In this document: piece by piece, positions 1 through 7,650 of the stretch | How the letters are laid out: each line of letters starts with the position of its first letter | Position numbering within the stretch: the stretch's first letter is position 1 | Assembly (NCBI GenBank): GCA_045661245.1 | Contig: JAZRFH010000036.1 | Span: 8,928 to 72,927, forward strand | Length of the DNA: 64,000 nt | DNA from: Eubacteriales bacterium | GTDB taxonomy: Bacteria; Bacillota; Clostridia; Oscillospirales; CAG-272 | Direction: 5' to 3' | Notes under the pieces: generated by a model | Database searches by the model: none | Told to the model about the DNA's origin: nothing | What the model saw: only the letters and a program-made list of their open reading frames with translations | Program-made: the position numbers and the translations under genes

Positions 1-364
1 GCTTTGCGCTAAGGAAAACGCAAGAAACAACGGTATTACGAACGCGCACTTTTTTACGGGTGACGCAAAAAGCACAGAAGCTCTCCTTAAAAACGCAGAG
101 CGCGAGCTTGGCAAGAAAATAGAGCCCGACATTATTATACTTGACCCGCCGCGTGCAGGTCTTGACCCTGAGCTTATAAGCTTTGCAAGCTCGCTCTCGC
201 CCCGAAAAATCGTTTACATTTCCTGCAACCCAAAAACCCTCGCGCGCGACGTTAAGGCATTCGCAGAGCTCGGCTACACGGCAAACGAGGTTTTACCTGT
301 TGATATGTTCCCGGGGACAGGGCACGTGGAAAGTTTAGTTTGTCTGAAGAAACAGACAAACTAA
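1..364 (+). CDS. rumA: RumA/TrmA-family 23S rRNA (uracil-5-)-methyltransferase, C-terminal fragment (5' end lies outside the window)
   Basis: Frame 2 is open from nt 2 and reads ...IIILDPPRAGLDPEL...KIVYISCNPKTLARDVKAF...DMFPGTGHVESLVCLKKQTN*. The DPPRAG and YISCNP motifs are typical of m5U RNA methyltransferases. Confidence 0.85.
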   Translation, partial: LCAKENARNNGITNAHFFTGDAKSTEALLKNAERELGKKIEPDIIILDPPRAGLDPELISFASSLSPRKIVYISCNPKTLARDVKAFAELGYTANEVLPVDMFPGTGHVESLVCLKKQTN

Positions 365-365
365 A
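334..365. repeat. Perfect 13-bp inverted repeat (hairpin) covering the last rumA codons and the stop codon
   Basis: TTTAGTTTGTCTG (334-346), loop AAGAAA, CAGACAAACTAAA (353-365). No T-tract follows. Confidence 0.8.
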
Positions 366-591
366 GCGATATAAATCCTCACGGATTTGAGATATTTGCC
401 TTATGGCAAGCGATATACCTACGGCGCGATATGCCGCGAACTGCGCGGCGTGAGGATTTTATAGAGCGTACTTTCAACCACATTCGCCACAGGCGAATAT
501 ATCGCTGTTTCGCATTGCGTAACAATATCGCGCTTGCGAAGCAAGCATATCGCGCACCGAAGGTGCATATCGCTTTCGCCCGCAGGCGAAA
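366..591. repeat. Array of 7 heptamers interleaved with unrelated short palindromes: GCGATAT x3, then the reverse complement ATATCGC x4
   Basis: GCGATAT at 366, 410 and 426; ATATCGC at 499, 525, 547 and 567. Mini-hairpins: TTGCC-TTAT-GGCAA (396-409), TTCGCC-ACA-GGCGAA (483-497), GCTTGC-GAA-GCAAGC (532-546), GCACC-GAA-GGTGC (554-566), TTTCGCC-CGCA-GGCGAAA (574-591). An 11-bp stem pairs 373-383 with 449-459. Confidence 0.85.
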
Positions 592-614
592 CAACTTTAC
601 GAAAGGATAAAGTT

Positions 615-956
615 ATGAACAAGTCTATCAAAGAACTCGCCGTAGAGCTCACCATAGAAATAACCGCATTTTGTGACAACATCAAAGGCAGAGCGGTATT
701 TGTCAATCAACTTTTGCGCTCCTGCTCGTCCATAGGTGCTAACAGTTATGAAGCAAAGTACGCACAAAGCACAGCCGATTTTATAAACAAACTTGAGATT
801 GCGCTGAAAGAATGTTATGAAACAGACTATTGGCTTGAAATCCTATTCAAGGTCGGCTCGATGGATGAAAATACATACAAAGCACTTTCTAACAAATGTG
901 GCGCTATTCGCAGAAAACTCATCGCTTCTATCACGACAGCAAAAGAAAACGCATAA
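615..956 (+). CDS. Four-helix-bundle protein (23S rRNA intervening-sequence protein / Avd-like family)
   Basis: 113 aa from ATG 615, behind an AAGGA ribosome-binding site. The sequence ...ITAFCDNIKGRAVFVNQLLRSCSSIGANSYEAKYAQSTADFINKLEIALKECYETDYWLEIL... matches the characteristic pattern of TIGR02436/PF05635 proteins. Confidence 0.8.
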   Translation: MNKSIKELAVELTIEITAFCDNIKGRAVFVNQLLRSCSSIGANSYEAKYAQSTADFINKLEIALKECYETDYWLEILFKVGSMDENTYKALSNKCGAIRRKLIASITTAKENA

Positions 957-1018
957 GGACAAACGTGATTCCCCCGCAGTAAAGGGTTCGATATCGAGAA
1001 GAATTCAGGAGAAAAAAT

Positions 1019-1552
1019 ATGAGAGTAAAACCTTTGTTGATTTCGTTTTGTCTGTTGCTTGTTTTGAATTTAACCGCATGCTCAGGATATAACAACATTA
1101 TGTACAAACACCTTAGTAATGTTGAAAATTATAAAATATATACGGTTGTAGTTGAAAATATATATGTCTGCAACAAGGAAACGAGAAAACTAGAAAAATA
1201 CGATGAAACTATTCATGATGAAAGTTTTTTAAGCGCCACTGTTTATTTCGCTGTTTCGGAATTGAATGGTTTTTATGCTGGCGAGTATATACTTAGTGAT
1301 GGCACTAGAACTGAAAGTATGGTCTTGTTGGAAGTGTTAACTAAAAACAGCGAAACACTTCTTGAAAATGATTTTTACAAGGATTTCAAACCGGGTAATC
1401 TTATGGAAATTCAATGTTCGGATTTGGTCTATATGGATACAAATTTCTATTATGCTATCGGTATTAAATATGGCGAAATACAATACCTGAACAGCGAAGA
1501 TGGTTTACAAAATATTGTTGATATCATGGATAAAGACAGGAGTGTATTTTAG
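1019..1552 (+). CDS. Hypothetical lipoprotein
   Basis: 177 aa with an AGGAG ribosome-binding site 7 nt upstream. Signal peptide with lipobox LNLTAC. The gene is visibly AT-rich compared with its neighbours. Confidence 0.7.
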   Translation: MRVKPLLISFCLLLVLNLTACSGYNNIMYKHLSNVENYKIYTVVVENIYVCNKETRKLEKYDETIHDESFLSATVYFAVSELNGFYAGEYILSDGTRTESMVLLEVLTKNSETLLENDFYKDFKPGNLMEIQCSDLVYMDTNFYYAIGIKYGEIQYLNSEDGLQNIVDIMDKDRSVF

Positions 1553-1578
1553 TAAATATACCTTTTGTCGTCCCCACC

Positions 1579-1620
1579 CACGTAGAAAGTGCAGTGTGTC
1601 TTGCACGACACAATGAATAA
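1579..1620 (+). pseudogene. Relic 3' terminus of a rumA-like gene (HVESAVCLARHNE*)
   Basis: 42 nt co-linear with rumA 323-364 (HVESLVCLKKQTN*), with the same distance to the stop. 19 of the first 23 nt are identical. The frame is closed upstream by TAA at 1531 and has no start codon. Confidence 0.7.
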
Positions 1621-1626
1621 AAGAAA

Positions 1627-2415
1627 ATGAAACAAACAAAAATTGACCGTATACCGATAGAGCTGCCGGAATGGCTCAAAAAATTGACACGGGGCGCGAA
1701 TATCTTTGACTCGTCATGCTCACCCGAGGCAAGAGTGTATTATATAAAAGCTGACACGGGGTACTACTTAAAGTGTGCAAAGTGCGGCACACTTGAGCGC
1801 GAGGCAGAGATGGACGGCTTTTTTCACAGTCTTGGGCTTGGGCCCGAGGTCTGTTTTTACGACACGGGTAGTGAATTTGACCTTTTGCTGACGCGCGAGG
1901 TTATGGGCGAGGACTGCACGGCAGGTAAATATCTTGACGACCCGGGGCGTCTTGCAGCACTTATGGGGAGCATACTGCACCGGCTGCATTGTTGCGATAC
2001 TCCTGCGTGCCCGAGGCAGGACAGACTAAGCGAATACCTTGCGACGGCGGAAGAAAACTACCGTACGGGGAATTATGACAAGTCGCACTTTCCCGACAGC
2101 TTTGGCTACAAATCAGCCGAAGAGGCGTATCGGGTAACGCAAGAGGGCAAGCATATTTTAGTATCTGATACCCTCGTACACGGCGACTTTTGCTTGCCGA
2201 ATATAATGCTAAACGATTGGAATTTATCAGCCTATATTGACCTCGGTAATGCAGGTGTTGCCGATAGGCACATTGATTTATTCTGGGGTGCGTGGACGCT
2301 TGGGTTTAACCTTGGCACCGACAGATACAGAGATATATTTTTTGACTCATACGGCAGGGAATTTATTGACAAGGATAAGCTCGACGTAATTGCGGCGATA
2401 GAGGTTTTCGGTTAA
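1627..2415 (+). CDS. Aminoglycoside phosphotransferase family protein, APH(3')-like
   Basis: HGDFCLPNIML (HGDxxxxN catalytic loop) and IDLGNAGVADRHIDL motifs. The 262-aa length is typical of APH(3') enzymes. Confidence 0.8.
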   Translation: MKQTKIDRIPIELPEWLKKLTRGANIFDSSCSPEARVYYIKADTGYYLKCAKCGTLEREAEMDGFFHSLGLGPEVCFYDTGSEFDLLLTREVMGEDCTAGKYLDDPGRLAALMGSILHRLHCCDTPACPRQDRLSEYLATAEENYRTGNYDKSHFPDSFGYKSAEEAYRVTQEGKHILVSDTLVHGDFCLPNIMLNDWNLSAYIDLGNAGVADRHIDLFWGAWTLGFNLGTDRYRDIFFDSYGREFIDKDKLDVIAAIEVFG

Positions 2416-2443
2416 GAGCTTACGCACGGAAGGGGCGTTTTAA

Positions 2444-3037
2444 ATGAAAGAAAAGGTTACCCGTTTTTTTGACAGATGCGCGCCTTTTTGGGACGAGCAC
2501 ACAGTAAAGGACACGAAAATAATAAACACTATCCTTGATAACGCAGGTGTCACCGAGGGGAAACGTGTGCTTGACGTTGCAACGGGCACGGGCGTGCTTA
2601 TAGAGGACTATCTTAGCCGCGTTGTTGCATCGGTTACGGCAGTTGACATTTCACCTGAAATGATTAAGATTGCAAAATCAAAGTTTACCGACAAGAGAGT
2701 CGAATTTATTGCGTCTGACGTATTCGATATAATTGCGCCCGAGAGTTACGACTGCATAGTGGTTTACAATGCTTTGCCGCATTTTGCCGACCCCGTGTCA
2801 CTTCTTCGCCATCTTACAGGCATGCTTGCCCCAGGGGGAACACTGACGGTTGCACACGGAATGTCACGCGAGGCACTGACAAAGCACCACTCGGGCAGTG
2901 CTAAGGAAATTTCAATTGATCTCTTACACGAGGACGAGCTTGCAGAGATACTTGCGAAGGAACTGACGGTTACTGTAAAAATTTCAAATAACGAAATGTA
3001 TCAGGTAGCGGCAGTTAAGCTCATTAAAAATAAATAA
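2444..3037 (+). CDS. Class I SAM-dependent methyltransferase
   Basis: VLDVATGTG motif I; 197 aa. Confidence 0.8.
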   Translation: MKEKVTRFFDRCAPFWDEHTVKDTKIINTILDNAGVTEGKRVLDVATGTGVLIEDYLSRVVASVTAVDISPEMIKIAKSKFTDKRVEFIASDVFDIIAPESYDCIVVYNALPHFADPVSLLRHLTGMLAPGGTLTVAHGMSREALTKHHSGSAKEISIDLLHEDELAEILAKELTVTVKISNNEMYQVAAVKLIKNK

Positions 3038-3082
3038 TTAAATAATAACAATGAACGGAATAACCTTTTGAATTGGTAAATT

Positions 3083-4318
3083 ATGAAAACCTCAAGTAAA
3101 AACGCACAACCAAGACCCCGACTTTTAATTGCACTGTGTTGGCTGATATATGCCGCAAGCTACGTTGCAAAGCTTAGCTACAATGCAAACATAAGCCCGA
3201 TTGGCGACGCGTTCGGTGTCAGCTACAAGGAAGCGGGTGAAGTATCCACCTTTTTCTTCTTTGCTTACGGCATAGGTCAAGTGGTCAACGGCTTGCTATG
3301 TAGGAAATACAATCCGAAATTTGTAATATTTATTTGCCTCTTAGGCAGCGCCGGAGTAAATTTTGCGGTGCCGTTTATTACAAGCTTTGAAATAATAAAA
3401 TACGTGTGGCTCTTAAACGGCGTATTTATGTCATTTTTATGGACTCTTATTATACGCCTTTTATCCGAAACCCTGCCAAAGCGCGACATCTCGCGTGCTA
3501 TAGTTATAATGGGAACGACTGTGGCTACGGGCACGTTTGCAGTTTACGGCATAAGCTCACTTTTTGCGGCATTTGCATCATACCGCGTTGTATTTATTAT
3601 AGCGGCGTGCTTAGTTCTTATATCGGCACTTTTATGGATATTTTTATATACTCCGCTTGTCGTGCCCTTAAAGGCAGGACGGGAAAAAGAGGCGGAAACC
3701 GAAAAATTAAGTGAAAAAAAGACACCCGTGTCGTCGCTTTTGCCGCTTATCGTAACACTCTCGCTCTTTGCATCAGCAAATAATTTCGTTAAGGACGGGC
3801 TTACTGCCTGGACGCCGGATATATTAAAATCGCTTTACAATACCCCTGACTGGTTATCTATACTCTTAACCCTGCTCTTACCGATGCTTGCTATTGGCGG
3901 TGTATCGGTAGGTGTGGCATTGCAAAAGAGAACGGGCAATTTCGTTGGCACCTGCACACTATTGTTTACATTCTCAGCTCTTTTAACAGGTGCGGTTATA
4001 CTCTTACTGTCTACGTCGCTACTCCCCGTTACGGTAGGTTGCTTTGCAATTGTAAGCTGCCTTATGGCAGGCGTAAACAACGTTATAACGAGCGGTGTAC
4101 CCTTAAATCTGCGTAACAGGATAAACTCTGGCAAGCTTGCCGGGGTGCTTAACGGCTTTTGCTATCTTGGCAGTACCCTTTCTTTATATATTCTAGGTGC
4201 TGTGGCAGACGAGTTTAACTGGCAGACGGTGTTTTATACTCTACTTGCCGTTATGCTTACAGTTACTTTGGCAGGGTGCATATATCTTGCTGTACATAGG
4301 ATAAAAAACAGAGCTTAA
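3083..4318 (+). CDS. MFS transporter
   Basis: 411 aa, two blocks of about 6 hydrophobic helices separated by a charged loop (GREKEAETEKLSEKK). Confidence 0.75.
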   Translation: MKTSSKNAQPRPRLLIALCWLIYAASYVAKLSYNANISPIGDAFGVSYKEAGEVSTFFFFAYGIGQVVNGLLCRKYNPKFVIFICLLGSAGVNFAVPFITSFEIIKYVWLLNGVFMSFLWTLIIRLLSETLPKRDISRAIVIMGTTVATGTFAVYGISSLFAAFASYRVVFIIAACLVLISALLWIFLYTPLVVPLKAGREKEAETEKLSEKKTPVSSLLPLIVTLSLFASANNFVKDGLTAWTPDILKSLYNTPDWLSILLTLLLPMLAIGGVSVGVALQKRTGNFVGTCTLLFTFSALLTGAVILLLSTSLLPVTVGCFAIVSCLMAGVNNVITSGVPLNLRNRINSGKLAGVLNGFCYLGSTLSLYILGAVADEFNWQTVFYTLLAVMLTVTLAGCIYLAVHRIKNRA

Positions 4319-4358
4319 CCCCTATACGTGTTAAAAATAACAAGAAACGAGGTAGCTT

Positions 4359-5564
4359 ATGCAATCGTTAAGGTATTTATATAGAATAGGAAACGGCCCC
4401 TCGTCCTCTCACACAATGGGGCCGATAGCTGCGGCAAGGAGATTTTTATCAGAATACCCGAATGCTATAAAATATGAGGTGACCCTATACGGCTCACTTG
4501 CCAAGACGGGGCGCGGGCACATGACCGACGAGGCACTTAAGACGGTCTTTTGCGGCCGTGAGCTCAAGATATTATTTGATTATGATACGCCGACGGCAGT
4601 GCACCCTAATACCCTTGACTTTACGGCATATAACAAAGATGGCAAGAGCGAAACCGTGCGTTACTACAGCATAGGCGGCGGCGAGGTTATTATGGACGGT
4701 GAGGAGCCGTCGGTGCACAGAGAGGTTTACCCCTTAAACTCTTTTACTGAAATCTCAGAATACTGCAGAGAACGTGATATTCGTATCTGGCAGTACGTTG
4801 AGGAATGTGAGGGGCCCGAGATTTTTGACTACCTGCTTGAGGTATGGCAGGTAATGCAGGACGCGATAAAGCGCGGAACGAAGGCCGAAGGAATTTTACA
4901 CGGGGGCCTTGGAACCGAGAGAAAGGCGCGCTTTTTATCCCGCCAAAGACATATTGACGAGAATGAGGAAACCAAGACGAACCGACTTATCTGCTCATAC
5001 GCCTTTGCGGTAAGTGAGGAGAATGCCTCGGGCGGTCTTATAGCAACCGCGCCAACCTGCGGTGCGTGCGGAGTTGTACCCGCGGTTTTGAAATTTTTAA
5101 AGCCAAAGCGCAATTTCAGCGACACGGATATAGTGCACGCACTTGCCACTGCCGGAATTGTGGGAAATCTTATAAAGAAAAACGCCTCTATCAGCGGTGC
5201 TGAATGCGGCTGTCAAGCAGAGATTGGAACTGCGTGCGCTATGGCGGCGGCCGCGGCGGCGGAGCTTTACGAGCTTGACCTTGACCAGATTGAATACGCG
5301 GCAGAGATGTCTATTGAGCACCACTTAGGACTTACCTGCGACCCGATATGCGGCCTTGTGCAGATACCCTGCATTGAGAGAAACGCAATCGCCGCAATGC
5401 GCGCGCTGAATGCGGTAAATCTTGCCGACTTTCTGGCAGATACGCGCAAGATTTCTTTCGATATGATAGTTGAAACTATGTATGAAACCGGCAAGGACTT
5501 GAAGGTAATGTACCGCGAAACCGCAGAGGGCGGCCTTGCTAAGAAATACGTGAGGAAGGATTAA
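4359..5564 (+). CDS. L-serine ammonia-lyase, iron-sulfur-dependent (single chain)
   Basis: N-terminal IGNGPSSSHTMGP motif. The alpha domain has the Cys motifs PTCGACG, AECGCQAE and LTCDPICG. Confidence 0.85.
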   Translation: MQSLRYLYRIGNGPSSSHTMGPIAAARRFLSEYPNAIKYEVTLYGSLAKTGRGHMTDEALKTVFCGRELKILFDYDTPTAVHPNTLDFTAYNKDGKSETVRYYSIGGGEVIMDGEEPSVHREVYPLNSFTEISEYCRERDIRIWQYVEECEGPEIFDYLLEVWQVMQDAIKRGTKAEGILHGGLGTERKARFLSRQRHIDENEETKTNRLICSYAFAVSEENASGGLIATAPTCGACGVVPAVLKFLKPKRNFSDTDIVHALATAGIVGNLIKKNASISGAECGCQAEIGTACAMAAAAAAELYELDLDQIEYAAEMSIEHHLGLTCDPICGLVQIPCIERNAIAAMRALNAVNLADFLADTRKISFDMIVETMYETGKDLKVMYRETAEGGLAKKYVRKD

Positions 5565-5565
5565 T

Positions 5566-5991
5566 ATGGAGTTCAGTATAAAAGAGTTTTCCGAGCTTAA
5601 CACACGCGAGCTTTACGAGATAATGAGGGCAAGAGCAGATATATTCACGCTTGAGAAGGGTATGATTTGCCGCGACCTTGACGGCCTTGACTACGAGGCC
5701 CTACACTGCATACTTACAGACGGCGGTAAGCTTATTGCATATCTGCGTGCGCTTGTATATAACACGTCCATAAGGCTCGGCAGAGTTATTACCCGTACGC
5801 ACGGGCTCGGGCACGGAAGAATACTTATGGAAGAGTCGGTATCGGCACTTAAGGCTAAATACCCGAATAAAAAAATAGGTGTGCACGCACAGCACGATGC
5901 GGTTGGCTTTTACGAAAGGTGCGGCTTTACCGTCACGTCAGACGAGTTTTTTGAAGAGGGCGTGCGCCACTTTGAGATGGAGCTTAAATAA
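5566..5991 (+). CDS. GNAT family N-acetyltransferase (ElaA-like size)
   Basis: 141 aa; RTHGLGHGRILM acetyl-CoA-binding-type motif. Confidence 0.75.
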   Translation: MEFSIKEFSELNTRELYEIMRARADIFTLEKGMICRDLDGLDYEALHCILTDGGKLIAYLRALVYNTSIRLGRVITRTHGLGHGRILMEESVSALKAKYPNKKIGVHAQHDAVGFYERCGFTVTSDEFFEEGVRHFEMELK

Positions 5992-6030
5992 ACACTTACT
6001 ATTATTTTTTTAACACGGGGGTTACTTAAT

Positions 6031-6639
6031 ATGAAAAGGACCTTTGAGAGCGAGCTGCCCGAAGGCTACGCTCAGATATTCACCATTGACGCAAAGCAAA
6101 AGAAAACCGGCCTTATTTTAAATGCGGTGTCATTTTTAGTTCAGGGTATACTTTACCTTATCTGTATACCGCTCTTATATATCGGTGGGGAGCCGAATTT
6201 TGACATTACCATACCGGAGCTTATGATTTCGGCTGCGGTCCTTAGTGTATCGTTGCTTTTGTACGTAGTCCTGCACGAGCTTACTCACGGTGCGGCATAC
6301 AAGATATTAACTAAGCAAAAGCTAAGCTTTGGTCTTTCATGGTCATGCGCGTTTTGCGGAGTGCCGAATATATACGTCTACAGAGGAGCGGCGCTTGTTG
6401 CGCTTACCGCACCGCTGATACTCTTTACGCTTATACTCACACCTATTACAGTATGGCTATACTTCGTACACCCCGTCTATTACATTATGTCGCTCATTCT
6501 TTTGGGCGTGCATATCGGCGGCTGCTCGGGTGACGGGTATATGACCCTTTTACTGCTCTTTAAATTTAAGGATAAAACCCTGCTTTTGCGCGACACGGGT
6601 CCGTGCCAAAGCCTTTACATAATGAAAAGCGAGGAATAA
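6031..6639 (+). CDS. DUF3267-like membrane protein (putative zincin peptidase)
   Basis: HELTH (HExxH) motif inside a multi-helix membrane protein of 202 aa. Confidence 0.6.
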   Translation: MKRTFESELPEGYAQIFTIDAKQKKTGLILNAVSFLVQGILYLICIPLLYIGGEPNFDITIPELMISAAVLSVSLLLYVVLHELTHGAAYKILTKQKLSFGLSWSCAFCGVPNIYVYRGAALVALTAPLILFTLILTPITVWLYFVHPVYYIMSLILLGVHIGGCSGDGYMTLLLLFKFKDKTLLLRDTGPCQSLYIMKSEE

Positions 6640-6641
6640 AA

Positions 6642-7598
6642 ATGAACGAAAACAATACCCAGAAAAAGAAGCTTATGCGCGGATTTTTGTTTGACCTGTT
6701 GCGAGGAGTCGGCATAGGCGTTGCATTTATTATCCCCGGCTTTTCCGGCGGGTCGGTTGCCGCGATACTCGGAATTTACGAGAGGCTTATAGGTGCGGTT
6801 GCGGGAATATTCAAGGAGTTTAAAAAGAGCCTCTTTACCCTCTTGCCCGTAGGTATCGGAATGGGCATAGGTGCAGTGTCACTGCTCTTCCCTCTCGAAT
6901 GGGCGCTCGGCAAAATACCGCTGCCGACAGTATCGCTGTTCGTAGGTCTGACGCTTGGGTGCTTGCCCGTGCTTTACAAAGAGGTAAAGGGTAAAATAAC
7001 CTACAAAAACGTGCTTGCCTTTGTACTGCCGCTTTTGCTTGCCGTGTCAATGTGCTTTTTACCAATCGGTGAGGACGTTAATTTATACACTCTGACCTTC
7101 TTTGGACATATTCTCTTGATACTTATAGGAATTATCGGCTCGTCGGCTCTCGTTATACCCGGTATATCGGGCAGCATGCTGTTACTTATGCTCGGCTACT
7201 ACAACCCGACGGTTAGTATGATAACATCATTCTTAGGTACTCTCTTAGATGCGGTATCGGGCGAGGAATTTTTATGGCCGGACCTATATAAGCCGCTGAT
7301 TGTACTATCACTTATGGCAGTTGGTATTGCAATCGGATTTGTTGGAATCTCGGTAATTATGAAGCGTCTGTTTGCCACCTGCCGCCGCGGCACCTACTTT
7401 GCAATTCTCGGCTTTATCGTCGGCTCTTTGCCTACGGTTTACGTTTCGACGGTTAAAGAGGCGGGCTACACCTCGGGCAATTTACCGACCTCACCCTGGC
7501 ACTGGATAGGCTGTGTGGCGGCCCTTCTTCTTGGCTGTGCAATCTCTGTATCTCTCGTTATATATTCAAATAAAAAATCAAAGGCTAAATCGGAATAA
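6642..7598 (+). CDS. DUF368 domain membrane protein
   Basis: Duplicated IPGFSGGSVAAILGIYERL and IPGISGSMLLLMLGYY motifs. Start moved to ATG 6642, directly after the upstream stop. Confidence 0.75.
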   Translation: MNENNTQKKKLMRGFLFDLLRGVGIGVAFIIPGFSGGSVAAILGIYERLIGAVAGIFKEFKKSLFTLLPVGIGMGIGAVSLLFPLEWALGKIPLPTVSLFVGLTLGCLPVLYKEVKGKITYKNVLAFVLPLLLAVSMCFLPIGEDVNLYTLTFFGHILLILIGIIGSSALVIPGISGSMLLLMLGYYNPTVSMITSFLGTLLDAVSGEEFLWPDLYKPLIVLSLMAVGIAIGFVGISVIMKRLFATCRRGTYFAILGFIVGSLPTVYVSTVKEAGYTSGNLPTSPWHWIGCVAALLLGCAISVSLVIYSNKKSKAKSE

Positions 7599-7650
7599 AA
7601 ACTACCCCTTCATAATATACTTGACTAACAAAGTATTGTGGAGGGGCTTT

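Noticed and set aside
366-591. Possible CRISPR array, because a short constant unit alternates with variable segments.
   Set aside because: The constant unit is only 7 nt and changes orientation midway. The variable segments are 13-18-nt self-complementary palindromes rather than 30-40-nt spacers. No cas genes are in the window.
379-706. Minus-strand ORFs (71 and 95 aa) across the heptamer/hairpin array.
   Set aside because: They are made of repeat-derived, Arg/Cys/Ala-rich low-complexity sequence. They have no ribosome-binding site and overlap the better-supported plus-strand gene.
534-956. Canonical diversity-generating retroelement built around the Avd-like gene. The longer ORF-track model starting at 534 was also considered.
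   Set aside because: No reverse transcriptase ORF and no template/variable repeat pair is visible anywhere in the 64 kb. The 534 start runs through the hairpin array, whereas ATG 615 has a ribosome-binding site.
1627-2415. The aph gene as acquired resistance cargo of the same insert.
   Set aside because: It lies outside the bracket formed by the duplicated rumA terminus and starts 7 nt after the relic stop. Its composition resembles the surrounding core genes. APH-like kinases are common chromosomal genes, so resistance cannot be inferred from sequence alone.
7513-7650. N-terminal extensions offered by the ORF track. Examples are 7513, 16067, 24346, 25201, 30260, 41020, 47343, 52530, 54535, 57249, 58537, 60345 and 61378.
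   Set aside because: In each case an internal ATG with a good Shine-Dalgarno sequence gives a protein with a family-typical N-terminus. The extension overlaps an upstream gene, a promoter box or a terminator. For example, the ATG-TAT-AAT of the long udk model is itself the -10 box, and 25201 lies inside the riboswitch terminator.
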